From positions 96,001 through 160,000 of the forward strand of contig JBGAIQ010000005.1 in NCBI GenBank assembly GCA_044225365.1: DNA of 64,000 bases, in the 5' to 3' direction. The notes beneath the pieces were generated by a model. That model did not search any database. It was not told where the DNA came from and saw only the letters and a program-made list of their open reading frames with translations. Both the position numbers and the translations under genes were made by a program. This DNA comes from Planctomycetota bacterium. GTDB taxonomy: Bacteria > Planctomycetota > B15-G4 > JADJEK01. Shown here in pieces: positions 1 to 9,818 of this stretch (within the stretch, counting starts at the first letter, position 1; each line of letters begins with the position of its first letter).

Positions 1-336
1 CGGAAGTCCAAGACAGGCTGCCGGTCGAGCCCGGCGCAAGCGTGCCCGCGCCCGCGAGACCGGAGCCGAGATAGGAGGTTCTGCAGCGGCGCCATGATCG
101 GGTGGTTCGAGACCTGGAATCCGTACACGTTCGAATTCGTCGAGATCAACGTGCCGGAGAACAGCGTCGAACGCTCGAACGTGTGCGGGACGACGACGTA
201 CGGATTGCTCGGACTCGCCGCGAGCCCGACGCTGGTCGGAACGTGGAACAAGAGGACGCTCGTGGGGTCCACTTCCGTCGCGTTGCCGTTCGCATCCAGG
301 TTCAGTCCGATGAGGCGACCCGAGAGGTACCTCACG
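1..336 (-). pseudogene. Partial, probably frameshifted coding remnant running off the left edge
   Basis: The minus frame RYLSGRLIGLNLDANGNATEVDPTS...VYGFQVSNHP has GC3-rich, coding-like codons. Near position 75 the coding-like frame switches to TSYLGSGLAGAGTLAPG, which resembles the start of the shared C-terminal domain. Confidence 0.3.
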
Positions 337-451
337 AATGCAGGAATGGATCGGACGATCCGTCGAGGGAGCCCGGCGCGATACGCCGGCTCGAATCCGA
401 CGGATTCCGGTGCCGTTCACCGTCGCGATGGAGGGATCGACGCCGACTCCC

Positions 452-997
452 TCACTTCGACAGCCGGACTCCGCTCGCGACGATCGTCAGCTCTTTCTGA
501 TCCCCGACGATCTTCATCGCGTCCTCGTGTCGCCCGGCGTCTTCGAGATAATGACGCGCCTCGCCCTCCGGAACGGTCTTCACGGCGAACGTTCCCTCGA
601 GCACGACCGAGCGGCCTTCGCAATCGGTGGGCACGAAGAACCCGTAATCCTTGAACGTGACTCGGATGGGCGTGGCGGCGTTGCGGACCACCATCCAGCA
701 GCCCTTCTTCTTGCAGACGGATTCGACCTTCATGTCGCGGACGATCAAGTTCTTCCCGTCGTAGCCTCCGGGATCCGAGGCGAGCGCGTCGAGCGACACA
801 CCTTGGGGGCCGATTGCGAGCGGTGCGCCGTACGAATTCCAGCCCTCGGATGATTCGGACCCGGCGCTGTTCGCGCTCGCGGCCGCCCCGTTGCTGTGGG
901 GGTTCTGGGGACTCGGGGAACTCGGAGCGACCCCACAGGACGATCCCACGGCGAGGCACAAGGCGGACAGGGACGCGGCGAAACCAATCGTTCTCAT
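452..997 (-). CDS. DUF4920-family lipoprotein
   Basis: Lipoprotein-like signal (…VGSSC); motifs YGAPL, VESVCKKKGCWM, RVTFKDYGFFVP, ARHYLEDAG. Confidence 0.8.
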   Translation of the reverse strand: MRTIGFAASLSALCLAVGSSCGVAPSSPSPQNPHSNGAAASANSAGSESSEGWNSYGAPLAIGPQGVSLDALASDPGGYDGKNLIVRDMKVESVCKKKGCWMVVRNAATPIRVTFKDYGFFVPTDCEGRSVVLEGTFAVKTVPEGEARHYLEDAGRHEDAMKIVGDQKELTIVASGVRLSK

Positions 998-1209
998 TCA
1001 GTCAGCTCCGTGACTCTGGGTTCGGGTTCGAGTTCTTCACTCTACCCAACGGCGGGCCAGCGAAAGGGCCCCTCCGCCGGTCCTCTGCACCCGGCGGTCA
1101 CGGACCGCGTCCGCCGCCGCCGACTTCCCGCGCCCGAGGCGACGCTACCATTGCATCCTCCCGCCCCACCCCCACGACGGTGAACGCGGGAACTCGAAGG
1201 AGAACGGCG

Positions 1210-1938
1210 ATGGGTTACGAACAACTGAAGAAGACGCTGAAGGCGATCGCGATCTCCATTCCGGCGACGCGGGCTTTCCAGATCACGACGGAGTTCGTCC
1301 TCGGCGAAGGCCAGGACACTCCGAGCGTCGGGCGACTCGAGGACCACTTCCGCAACGGACCCGCGATGAAGGCATGCATCGAGCGGATGAAGGCCGAGCC
1401 CAAGACGAGGAAATGCATCGAAGACCGCTACATGGGGCCCGAGCTGGATCTCGATGCCCTCGTGAAGTACCCCCGTGGCTCGCTCGGCTACACCTACGCG
1501 AAGGTGATGAAGCACCTTGGATATGCAGCGCACTTCTACGGCGACCGGCCGAGCATCGACGAGGAGACCGACTACGTGACGATGCGCGTGCGCAAGACGC
1601 ACGATTTCCATCACATCGTCACGGGCTTCTCGATGCTCGGTCCCGGCGAGCTCGGCGTCATCGCGATCACCGCTCTCCAATTCGGCTATCCCGCGTTCAT
1701 GTCGATCGACCTCGGCGCAATCGCGCTCAGCATGCTGCGGGTCGAGGGCTTCGGCGAACAAGTCCAATCCGTCCGCGCCGGCTGGGACATGGCCGAGCGA
1801 ATCGAGCCGTTGATGGGAGTCCGGTGGGAGGAAGCGCTCGACAAGCCGCTCGACGTCTGGCGCAAAGAGCTGCGGATCGAGCCGGTCCGCAAGGGCCAGA
1901 ACTCGTGGTACGAAGTGCTCTCCGACCTCGAGCTCTGA
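1210..1938 (+). CDS. Coq4-family protein
   Basis: ATG at 1210 after a GAAGGAG RBS; DLDALxxYPRGSLGYTY and RKTHDFHHIVTGF…GELGV (HDxxH metal motif). Confidence 0.8.
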   Translation: MGYEQLKKTLKAIAISIPATRAFQITTEFVLGEGQDTPSVGRLEDHFRNGPAMKACIERMKAEPKTRKCIEDRYMGPELDLDALVKYPRGSLGYTYAKVMKHLGYAAHFYGDRPSIDEETDYVTMRVRKTHDFHHIVTGFSMLGPGELGVIAITALQFGYPAFMSIDLGAIALSMLRVEGFGEQVQSVRAGWDMAERIEPLMGVRWEEALDKPLDVWRKELRIEPVRKGQNSWYEVLSDLEL

Positions 1939-1974
1939 CCATCGCTATCGACCTCGATTCGAATTCGAGCGCTC

Positions 1975-3282
1975 TCAGAGCTTCTTCTTCGATTTGATCG
2001 TGCCTCCGAATACTCCGGCCGGGCCCGAGAGATGGAGGGTGCCCTTCACGCTCTTCGGCTGCGGTCCGAGCATTCCGCTCTCGCCGGCGCATTGCAGCTC
2101 GATCGAGCCCATCACGGCATTCGAGAACCACTCGGGCCGATGGAACGCGTGGATGCCGTATTTCTTCGCGGACGCCGGTGTCGCACTCTCTTCGCCATGG
2201 AATGCGAAGGACTTCAGTCCCAGGATGTCCGAGAGCTCGTTCGCATTCGCGCTGAACCCCGGAAGCGTGAGGAGCACGGTCTGCGCGCCGGGAGAGATCG
2301 AGACGACGGCGTGCTTCTCCACGACTTGAGTCGGTCCGCCTCCGGTCGGATTCAGGGTTCCCGCGATCGTCGCCTCGAATCGTGTCGGAGCGATGGCGAG
2401 GCCGCTCGCCGCATCGAGGATCGTCGTGTTCCCAATCGTGCGGACGATCGCCCCGGCCGCGTCGATTTCGAGGATCTCGTCCGCGCCGCCGGTGTAGTTC
2501 GAGACCAGCAGGTCACCGTTCGCGCAGAGCGCGACTCCGTACGGATCGAACGGGCTCTTTGGCGCGATGTCGTCGATGAGGTGCCCGCTCGTCGTGATCT
2601 CGTGGACCACATGCGCGCCAGGATCGGCGATGAACAGATTGCCGTTGCGGCCGAAGACGATGTTCGCCGCCGTCGTCGCCACGCTCGTCTTCTTGGAGAC
2701 GAGTGATCCGGACGGGTCGAACACGAAGAGATCATTGTTGTCGACGACGTACAGATTCCCGTCGGCGCCGAACGCGATGCCCTTCACGAGCGACATCCCT
2801 GCCCCCACGCCGATGTCCTGCACCTTGTGCCCCTGCGTGTCCATCTCGACGATCCGCGCGCCCATGAATGACGCGACGAACAGGTGGCCGTTCGGGCCGA
2901 AAACGAATTGCTGCGGTCCGTTGAGGCTCGAGGTCGCACCGATCTCGGTGACCTTCGTGCCGTGCGGTCCCATCGGCTCGAACACGGCGAGCGTGTTCGC
3001 CTGGTAGTTCTGCACGTACATCGCTCCGTCCGGCCCGAAGACGGGCGTCATCGCGCCCTGCAGATTCGCGCCGTCGCCGATCGTCCGCACGAATTGCCCC
3101 GTCTCGTCGAATTCGGTGACGAGGTTCGAACTCCCGGAGCCGACGAAGAGATGATTCGGCGCGAATCCTCCCGCGAACGCCGCGCTCGAGCTCAGAGCTG
3201 CGAGAAGCGACGGCAACAGGGATGCGAAACGCCGGCGCCGCGCGGTCGGATTTGCGATCGAGGGGGATCGATTCGTGTTCAT
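1975..3282 (-). CDS. Secreted NHL-repeat/beta-propeller protein
   Basis: Signal peptide (…SSAAFA); repeated FGPDGAMYV / FGPNGHLFV / FGADGNLYV / FGRNGNLFI blades. Confidence 0.75.
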   Translation of the reverse strand: MNTNRSPSIANPTARRRRFASLLPSLLAALSSSAAFAGGFAPNHLFVGSGSSNLVTEFDETGQFVRTIGDGANLQGAMTPVFGPDGAMYVQNYQANTLAVFEPMGPHGTKVTEIGATSSLNGPQQFVFGPNGHLFVASFMGARIVEMDTQGHKVQDIGVGAGMSLVKGIAFGADGNLYVVDNNDLFVFDPSGSLVSKKTSVATTAANIVFGRNGNLFIADPGAHVVHEITTSGHLIDDIAPKSPFDPYGVALCANGDLLVSNYTGGADEILEIDAAGAIVRTIGNTTILDAASGLAIAPTRFEATIAGTLNPTGGGPTQVVEKHAVVSISPGAQTVLLTLPGFSANANELSDILGLKSFAFHGEESATPASAKKYGIHAFHRPEWFSNAVMGSIELQCAGESGMLGPQPKSVKGTLHLSGPAGVFGGTIKSKKKL

Positions 3283-3481
3283 GGCGGAGTCTCCGTGACT
3301 TCGAGAAGTGGTTTTCAACGTTCCCCTCCCCATCCGGACGGCGGACGAAGCGTCACCGACTCTGCTCGATTTTGCGGCGTACCCGTCGCAACCCTTGACC
3401 AGGCCGTTACGCACACGATGTCGGCCAGCCGTCAGGATTCCACGGTCGCCAAGTCGAGGTCGGGTGAGAGGATGGCGTCCG

Positions 3482-4063
3482 ATGAACCGGGACCGGATGC
3501 GATGGACCATTGCCGGCGCGATCGTCGCGGGCATCGCCGCGAACGCGATCTTCATCGCGGCCGGGCGACTCGAGCCTCCCGCCTACGGCGAACACGCGCG
3601 AGTCATGGCGGCGTTCCTCGGATCCTTGGCCCTCTCGATCGTCGCGGGCTGCGTCTTCGTCGTGTCAGCGCTGCGAAGCGGATATCGCCGTCCTTCACGG
3701 CTCATCGATTCAGCCGCGCCCGCGGTCTACGCGCTGCTCGCGCTCTGGGTCGGCAGTTGCGCGGGAATCGTCACGGGACAGATCGCCGGAGACGTCGTAT
3801 TCGAGCGCCGGTTCCGCCAGGCGTTGCAGGAGTTCGACCGGGCTTGGACCGCGATCGATGCGGAACGGGCTCGATCCGGAGAGTGGCCGAGCGAAGCCTC
3901 GATCCGCGAGCGAGTCGATCGAGGGGTCCGCGCGCTCGGCTACTCGTCACGAATCGTGCGACGCATGACCGATGTCGAAGTCGAGTTGCTGTGGGATGGG
4001 CTCGTCGGCTTCGGGGGGCGCTGGTCGTCGCGCGATCGATCGTGGAGGGTCGAATCGCCCTGA
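3482..4063 (+). CDS. Hypothetical membrane protein (~3 TM)
   Basis: Three hydrophobic segments followed by a soluble C-terminal part; start chosen at MNRDRMRW. Confidence 0.55.
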   Translation: MNRDRMRWTIAGAIVAGIAANAIFIAAGRLEPPAYGEHARVMAAFLGSLALSIVAGCVFVVSALRSGYRRPSRLIDSAAPAVYALLALWVGSCAGIVTGQIAGDVVFERRFRQALQEFDRAWTAIDAERARSGEWPSEASIRERVDRGVRALGYSSRIVRRMTDVEVELLWDGLVGFGGRWSSRDRSWRVESP

Positions 4064-4230
4064 GGAATTGCGCTTCCTTCGGCTCGCAAGCCCGGCCGAA
4101 TCGTCGACTCTTGTTCAAATAGATGGACCGGCGAACCTGACGCGCCCGACTCCGTTGGATGCGGCGCCGCCGAGAGCGAAGAAGCCGGCGGAGGCGATCC
4201 GACGCCAACCCCCACGTCGAAGGAATCTGC

Positions 4231-4815
4231 ATGGTGCGCACTCTCGATCCTATGGCGCTCTTGGCCGTTATCGCGCTTCTCGTGCTTGGCGGGTGCGGAA
4301 TGCGCTCGGAGATCGATCTGCCGCTGGACGCGAACGCGGGAGCGAGCGAACGAGAACCGGCCGCAGCTCTCGCACAACCGGACAATTCGCAGCCGATCGC
4401 GGTGGAGATCCTGCGTTGGGCGGAGAGGGAGGGATGGGTGACGAAGCAGAGATCGCTCGCGCCGCAGGCTTTCGTTGCGAGTTGGTATCAGGGTGACGGC
4501 CTCGGCGTGAATCTCTACCTCGATCTCGCCGCGGACGGGAACTTCTGCTGCGACTGGGAGGGATGCCTGGGTCTCTACGGCACGATGACCGGCACGTGGC
4601 GCCTGACACCGAACGGACTCGATCTCCGATGCAACGAGGCCACTGGGTTGTTCGAAACGAGACCATCCCTGATGCTGGGTCGTTTGCAACTGGTCGCCTC
4701 CGGCGAAGCGATTGGGCTCGTCAAACCGAGCGATCTGGAGTTGCTCGCGGGGTTCGGGTCGATCGGAGGTTTGGCGCCTGCGTTTCGCAAGACGGAACCC
4801 CATCGACGCGGATGA
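4231..4815 (+). CDS. Hypothetical lipoprotein
   Basis: Lipobox LVLGGC; conserved-looking WYQGDGLGVNLYLDLAADGNFxCxWxGCLG segment. Confidence 0.6.
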   Translation: MVRTLDPMALLAVIALLVLGGCGMRSEIDLPLDANAGASEREPAAALAQPDNSQPIAVEILRWAEREGWVTKQRSLAPQAFVASWYQGDGLGVNLYLDLAADGNFCCDWEGCLGLYGTMTGTWRLTPNGLDLRCNEATGLFETRPSLMLGRLQLVASGEAIGLVKPSDLELLAGFGSIGGLAPAFRKTEPHRRG

Positions 4816-4849
4816 GCGGGCCCGGAGCGCCATCGATCGAGATCGAGCC

Positions 4850-6784
4850 ATGAATCGACTCCTCCTCTGGATCGCGGGAGCATCATTCGCGAGCATTGCG
4901 GTTGCGGGAACTCCAGTGTGGATCGTCGATGGCGCTACGGGCAATCCCGTTCCCGGCGCGTCGATCCGAGTCGTCCCGTTGAATTGGAATCTACGAACGC
5001 CCCTCTCGCTCGATTCTTGTGATCCTCCTTGGGGTTTGGAGTCCCCGTCCGCTTGGGCCATTCGCGTTGGCAGCCCCTTGCCGATCGACGAGCACGGCGA
5101 GATCGAGCTGCCCCACCGGGAATGGAAGTCGTCGTACGACGCGCTCGTCGCCGTCGCGGGAGACCGCGCCGCGGTGATCCTCTGCCTCGATTCCATTCCA
5201 CTCGAACCGTTGCGTTTCGAACTCTTCGATCGTCGATCGCTCGCGATTCAAGTCGTCGACGCATCGGGCAAGCCCGCTGCGGGAGTTCCCATTCGCATGA
5301 GTCTGCGCGACTTCGACCGCGACGGCGGCCGCGCCATCGGCACGACCGACGCCGAAGGCCGCTGCGAATTGAAGGATCTCGATTGGTGGCTGGCCGTGCG
5401 GGCCCCCACGGCGGGAGCGAACGAGAGAGGGCTCGCGGTGATCGCGGCTGTGCTCCACGTCACGGACGAACCCGCGCATCCCTATGCCGTATCGTTGACC
5501 CGGCAAACGCTGCGCGGCGCAGCGCCAAGCGTGCGTCTCGCACTGCGCGAGTCGGCGAGCGTGCGCGTGACGCTGCGCGGGTTCCAGCTCGCGGAGCGGG
5601 TCGACGTCGTTGCGACGGCCTTCACCGCGACGGGAGCACGACGCGAACAGTGGATCCCCATGCGAACCGACGGCACGGGAACTCTACGATTCGTCGAGAA
5701 TCCCATCCGCCTCCAACTCGCTTGGTCCAAATCCCGCGGCGCGAGCCGTTCGCGGCACCGCACCCCGTTTCGGGAGAACGACGCGATCGAAGTCTCTGTC
5801 CGTGCGGGCGAGACTCTCGAAGTCCTCCGAACTCGGAGCACGGCTCTCAGCGGCCCGATTTCTTCGCTTCCGGTCGTCGTGGTCGACGGGGAGACGGGCG
5901 AGATCGTCCACGATGCAGAGATTCTGCGGGTGAGCCTGCGAATGAACTCACCCGACGAGAGCCTTTGGGACCTTCGCTCTCCTTGGCACGCTCAGGACGC
6001 GGAGGAATGGGCGCGTCGAGAAGGGCAGATCGTCACGCGCCACGTCGACGGCTCGATCGACCTCCCGGAAGTTCCGCGCGAGTCTCTTACGCAATTGCTC
6101 GTCGCTCGGAGTGGAGAGAAGCTCGGCTACCAACTCCGCCGCGGAATTCCGCCGCCATCGGGGCTTCGATTCACGCTTCACCCTCCACGGGATCTTCGGA
6201 TTCACGTCACGGACTCGACTGGACTCGCATTGCGTTCGATCGGGGTCGACTGGCGATCGGTCTATGCAGACAGTTTGAAGGGTGGGCGAGTCGGAATCAC
6301 CGACGACGATGGTGACGTGATCCTCCCCGATCTCGATTGGTGGCTGACGATCGCCGACCCGTCGGAATCGAGAAATCACCGTCTCGAATTCGGTCCAAGC
6401 GACACCGACGCTCCGTTCGGAGGACGCGACCCAATCAGAGCCTCTCTGCTCCGTGAATCTTTGGCGGGCACTGCGCCCGTCCTTTCGATTCAGTTGCCGC
6501 CATGCGGAACCCTGGAGGTTCGAGCGCACGGCTTCGAGGCGACACGAGAGAGAATCTCCATCATCGTCGAGTCGATCGATTCGAACGGAGCTTTCATCGG
6601 CCGTACGTCCGCGGACCTCGATGCCTCCGGAACGGCGAGTTTCCGAATTCAACTCGGCATGCGGGTACGGGTCCGATGGTCGGGGCCGCACTTCGACCTT
6701 CGCACGTTCCGGGAAGATCGAGACTTCGAGGGGCCGACCCGCGTCGGCGAGGTCATGGGGATCGACGTGACTCGCGACGGGTGA
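4850..6784 (+). CDS. Secreted protein with two tandem carboxypeptidase-regulatory/prealbumin-like modules
   Basis: Signal peptide; internal duplication (PVWIVDGATG/PVVVVDGETG; VVDASGKPAAGV/VTDSTGLALRSI; GTTDAEG…DLDWWL/GITDDDG…DLDWWL). Confidence 0.65.
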   Translation: MNRLLLWIAGASFASIAVAGTPVWIVDGATGNPVPGASIRVVPLNWNLRTPLSLDSCDPPWGLESPSAWAIRVGSPLPIDEHGEIELPHREWKSSYDALVAVAGDRAAVILCLDSIPLEPLRFELFDRRSLAIQVVDASGKPAAGVPIRMSLRDFDRDGGRAIGTTDAEGRCELKDLDWWLAVRAPTAGANERGLAVIAAVLHVTDEPAHPYAVSLTRQTLRGAAPSVRLALRESASVRVTLRGFQLAERVDVVATAFTATGARREQWIPMRTDGTGTLRFVENPIRLQLAWSKSRGASRSRHRTPFRENDAIEVSVRAGETLEVLRTRSTALSGPISSLPVVVVDGETGEIVHDAEILRVSLRMNSPDESLWDLRSPWHAQDAEEWARREGQIVTRHVDGSIDLPEVPRESLTQLLVARSGEKLGYQLRRGIPPPSGLRFTLHPPRDLRIHVTDSTGLALRSIGVDWRSVYADSLKGGRVGITDDDGDVILPDLDWWLTIADPSESRNHRLEFGPSDTDAPFGGRDPIRASLLRESLAGTAPVLSIQLPPCGTLEVRAHGFEATRERISIIVESIDSNGAFIGRTSADLDASGTASFRIQLGMRVRVRWSGPHFDLRTFREDRDFEGPTRVGEVMGIDVTRDG

Positions 6785-6940
6785 CGCCGACGCGCTCGCA
6801 TTTCTCGACGATCTCGAGAATCGGCGAGACGTGCGATTCCTCCTCCGGATCTTGCGTGCGATTCGCGACGGGCACCCGTCGCAGCGCAACAGATCCACGA
6901 AACGGGCCACGCGCCCAAACTCGAAGAGTGAGAAGGAATC

Positions 6941-8611
6941 ATGAAGAATCGCAATGCCCTCCGCGTCCTTTCCGCCGCCGTCTCCGCCCTCGCTGCGGCA
7001 GGCGTCGCCCATGCTCAAGGCATCCTGCAGACGAATTACGGACTGAATCTAGGCGACGAGCTCGGCTGGTCGGTCCGTTCGGCAGGGGACGTCGATGGTG
7101 ACGGATACGGCGACATCCTCGCGGGAGCGCCCGCGGCGAAGATCAACGGAGCGACGCTCGGCCGGGCGCGCGTGATCTCGGGGAAGACGGGCGCGACGAT
7201 CCATGAACTCACGGGGACCGTGAGCATGGGCGGCTTCGCCTACGACGTCGCGGGAGTCGGCGATCTCGACAACGACGGCCACGCGGACTTCGTGGTCGGG
7301 ATCCGGCCTTGGGACTACGCGGCGGGCGGACCGGGATCGGCGAAGGTTTTCTCCGGGAAGACGGGCGCTCTGATGTTCACGTTCACGGGAACCGGCACCA
7401 ACAACTCCTTCGGCGGTTCGGTGAACGCGGCGGGCGACGTCGACAAGGATGGCACACCCGACATCGTCGTGGGCTCGACGACGGAATCGGTGGTCGGCGT
7501 GGACGCGGGCGGAGTCTGGGTGTTCTCCGGAAAGACCGGAGCGGCGATCCGTCACTTCCTCGGTACGACGAACTCGCAACTCGGAATCTGCGTAGCGGGC
7601 GCGGGCGACGTCAACGGCGACGGCTACGCCGACATCATCGCGGGCGCGAATACCGACCCCGCGGGCGGCGGCATCGCGGGCAGCGTGCACATCTATTCCG
7701 GGAAGACCGGCGTCCAGCTCTGGCAGAAGATCGGCGCGTTCGACTCGCAGATGGGTGTCGGCGTCGCGGGCCTTACGGACGTAAACGGCGATGGCCTCCC
7801 GGACGTGGTCTTCGGCGCTCTCAGTGACTCCACGCAGGGCGCGTTCGCGGGCAAAGTCCAGGTCTGCGTCGGATCGACCGGCGCCGTGATCCACACGCTC
7901 TATGGTCCCTCGGGATCCGGGTTCGGCGAGAGCGTCGGCAGCCTCGGCGACATCGATGGCGACGGGCGCGGCGATTTCCTCGTCGGGATGCCGTCCGCGA
8001 GCAACGGCACCTCGAATTCGGGCGGAGTGAAGGTCTTCTCGGGCGCGACGGCTGCGTTGCTCTTCACCGTGTACGGGAATTCGGCGGGCGACTCCTTCGG
8101 CTACGACGCGGCCGGCGCAGGCGACGTCAACGGTGACGGAATCGGCGACGTGGTGGTCGGCGCATACAGCGACGACATCGCGGGCCAGGCGCGCGGCGCG
8201 GTCTACGTCTACTCCGGCCGCTGCGGCCCGATCGCGAACTTCGGTACGGGCTGTCCCGGCACGGGCGGCTTCACGCCGAGCCTTTCTCTCACCGGTTGCG
8301 CCTGTCCCGGCGGATCGATGAGCCTGTCGGTCACGAAGGGACTCGGCGGATCGAACGCGCTGCTGTTCATCGGCGCGAATGAGACGGCGCTGCCGATCCA
8401 GGGCGGCTGCACGCTGTTCACGTTCCCGATCCTCTCGACGATCGTCGCCCCCCTCTCCGGGATCGGCGCCGGTGCGGGCCAGGTCCTCGCGGTCGGCAAA
8501 CTGCCGATGGGCACGCCGCTCGTGCCGTTCGCGATGCAGGCGATCTGTCTCGATCCGCAGATGCCGCGCGGATACTCGGCGTCGAACGGCGTCTCCATCA
8601 CGATTCAATGA
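6941..8611 (+). CDS. Secreted FG-GAP (integrin-alpha-like) propeller protein with shared C-terminal domain
   Basis: Signal peptide (AHA|Q); seven GDVDGDGxxDxxxGA repeats; C-terminus FGTGCPGTGG…QAICLDP…SNGVSITIQ. Confidence 0.88.
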   Translation: MKNRNALRVLSAAVSALAAAGVAHAQGILQTNYGLNLGDELGWSVRSAGDVDGDGYGDILAGAPAAKINGATLGRARVISGKTGATIHELTGTVSMGGFAYDVAGVGDLDNDGHADFVVGIRPWDYAAGGPGSAKVFSGKTGALMFTFTGTGTNNSFGGSVNAAGDVDKDGTPDIVVGSTTESVVGVDAGGVWVFSGKTGAAIRHFLGTTNSQLGICVAGAGDVNGDGYADIIAGANTDPAGGGIAGSVHIYSGKTGVQLWQKIGAFDSQMGVGVAGLTDVNGDGLPDVVFGALSDSTQGAFAGKVQVCVGSTGAVIHTLYGPSGSGFGESVGSLGDIDGDGRGDFLVGMPSASNGTSNSGGVKVFSGATAALLFTVYGNSAGDSFGYDAAGAGDVNGDGIGDVVVGAYSDDIAGQARGAVYVYSGRCGPIANFGTGCPGTGGFTPSLSLTGCACPGGSMSLSVTKGLGGSNALLFIGANETALPIQGGCTLFTFPILSTIVAPLSGIGAGAGQVLAVGKLPMGTPLVPFAMQAICLDPQMPRGYSASNGVSITIQ

Positions 8612-8678
8612 TCGGCGAGGGGAAGTCCTGAACGGGCGTCGCGCGCGACCGGCGTGCGGCGCCCACTTTCGTCCGACC

Positions 8679-9389
8679 TCACACCGGCAGGAAGACGAGC
8701 GTCTGCACGACGAATCGAATCGTGCGATTCGAGCGATCGGCGACGATGCGCGCCGACATGTCCTGCAGCGCGATCATCTCGCCGAACATGCGTTCGTAAC
8801 TGAGATTCATCGGTGCGTCGTCGGGCATCGCATTCGTCAGCAGCAGGACCTGATTGTCGGCGCCGTGGTCGTGGGTGATCTTCCAAGCGGCGAGTTCGAG
8901 ATTGCGCGCGCAGTTGTAGAGCTTCTGCGGATCGAGCCGGTCGGGGATGTAGAAGTGCTGCTGTCCGTCGTACGAGTCGTCGATCATCGCGCGCATCCCG
9001 CACGCGAACGCGAGCACGCGGTCGCCAGCGAAATCGGGGGCGAGCGCTTTCTTCAACTGCTCGACGCCGCTGAGTCGCGCGAGTTCGAGCGGAGTGTAGT
9101 CGTCCTGGAAGATCTGCTGGATGCGATGCTCGACCGTCATCCCGGCGACCTTCTTCAGCTCCCTCGGGTTGCGCAGATACAGCTTCTTGGTGAGCGTGGC
9201 GAGGAGATGACGTTGTTCCGCGACGAACAACTCGAGTGTGGAGTCGGTGTCCGTCTTCGCGAGATCCTGGAGCTGGAACGGCGAACTCGACGGTCCCCTG
9301 CCGTCGACCATCGTCTCGCAAGCGAGGGGCGACCCACAGAGGACGATCAACGCCACCACGCGCTCGCCGCAGCGCGGCAAATACACCAT
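8679..9389 (-). CDS. Conserved hypothetical lipoprotein
   Basis: Possible lipobox PLAC; helical protein with LAKTD, KLYLRNPRELKK, GDRV, LDPQKLYNCARN, NLSYERMFG, VFLPV motifs. Confidence 0.65.
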   Translation of the reverse strand: MVYLPRCGERVVALIVLCGSPLACETMVDGRGPSSSPFQLQDLAKTDTDSTLELFVAEQRHLLATLTKKLYLRNPRELKKVAGMTVEHRIQQIFQDDYTPLELARLSGVEQLKKALAPDFAGDRVLAFACGMRAMIDDSYDGQQHFYIPDRLDPQKLYNCARNLELAAWKITHDHGADNQVLLLTNAMPDDAPMNLSYERMFGEMIALQDMSARIVADRSNRTIRFVVQTLVFLPV

Positions 9390-9818
9390 TCACGCGCTCC
9401 CATTCGCCCGTCCGATGCCATCGAACGCGCGACCGCCGAGGATGCGGCGGATCGTCGCAGGTTGGCGATCGGGCCTCGCATGACAAATCAGTCATGCGGA
9501 CCGCACGTCGGGTGCGCACGGGGATCCGGTGTCCCTCCGGCGGACCGCCGAGCTCTGCCCGGCATCTTCTTCGGGTCCCAAGGCCCATGGTCTCGGCCCG
9601 AGGAGTCCGAAAGGGTGCCAAAGTGCAAAGGACTGCGCATCAGGCTCCCGCCCGGGTCTGCGCGTTCATCCGATGGTGCCGCCGGGCTTTCCATTCCGGA
9701 CCCCGGCCTCGATTCGGGGGCGAATCCGTGGGACGAAGCGGAGCTTGCGAGGATTGAACGAGTAGCGACCCGCCCTTCCGTCGCGCGCGTCGCACCCCCA
9801 TCCTCCGGAGTCTCTCGC

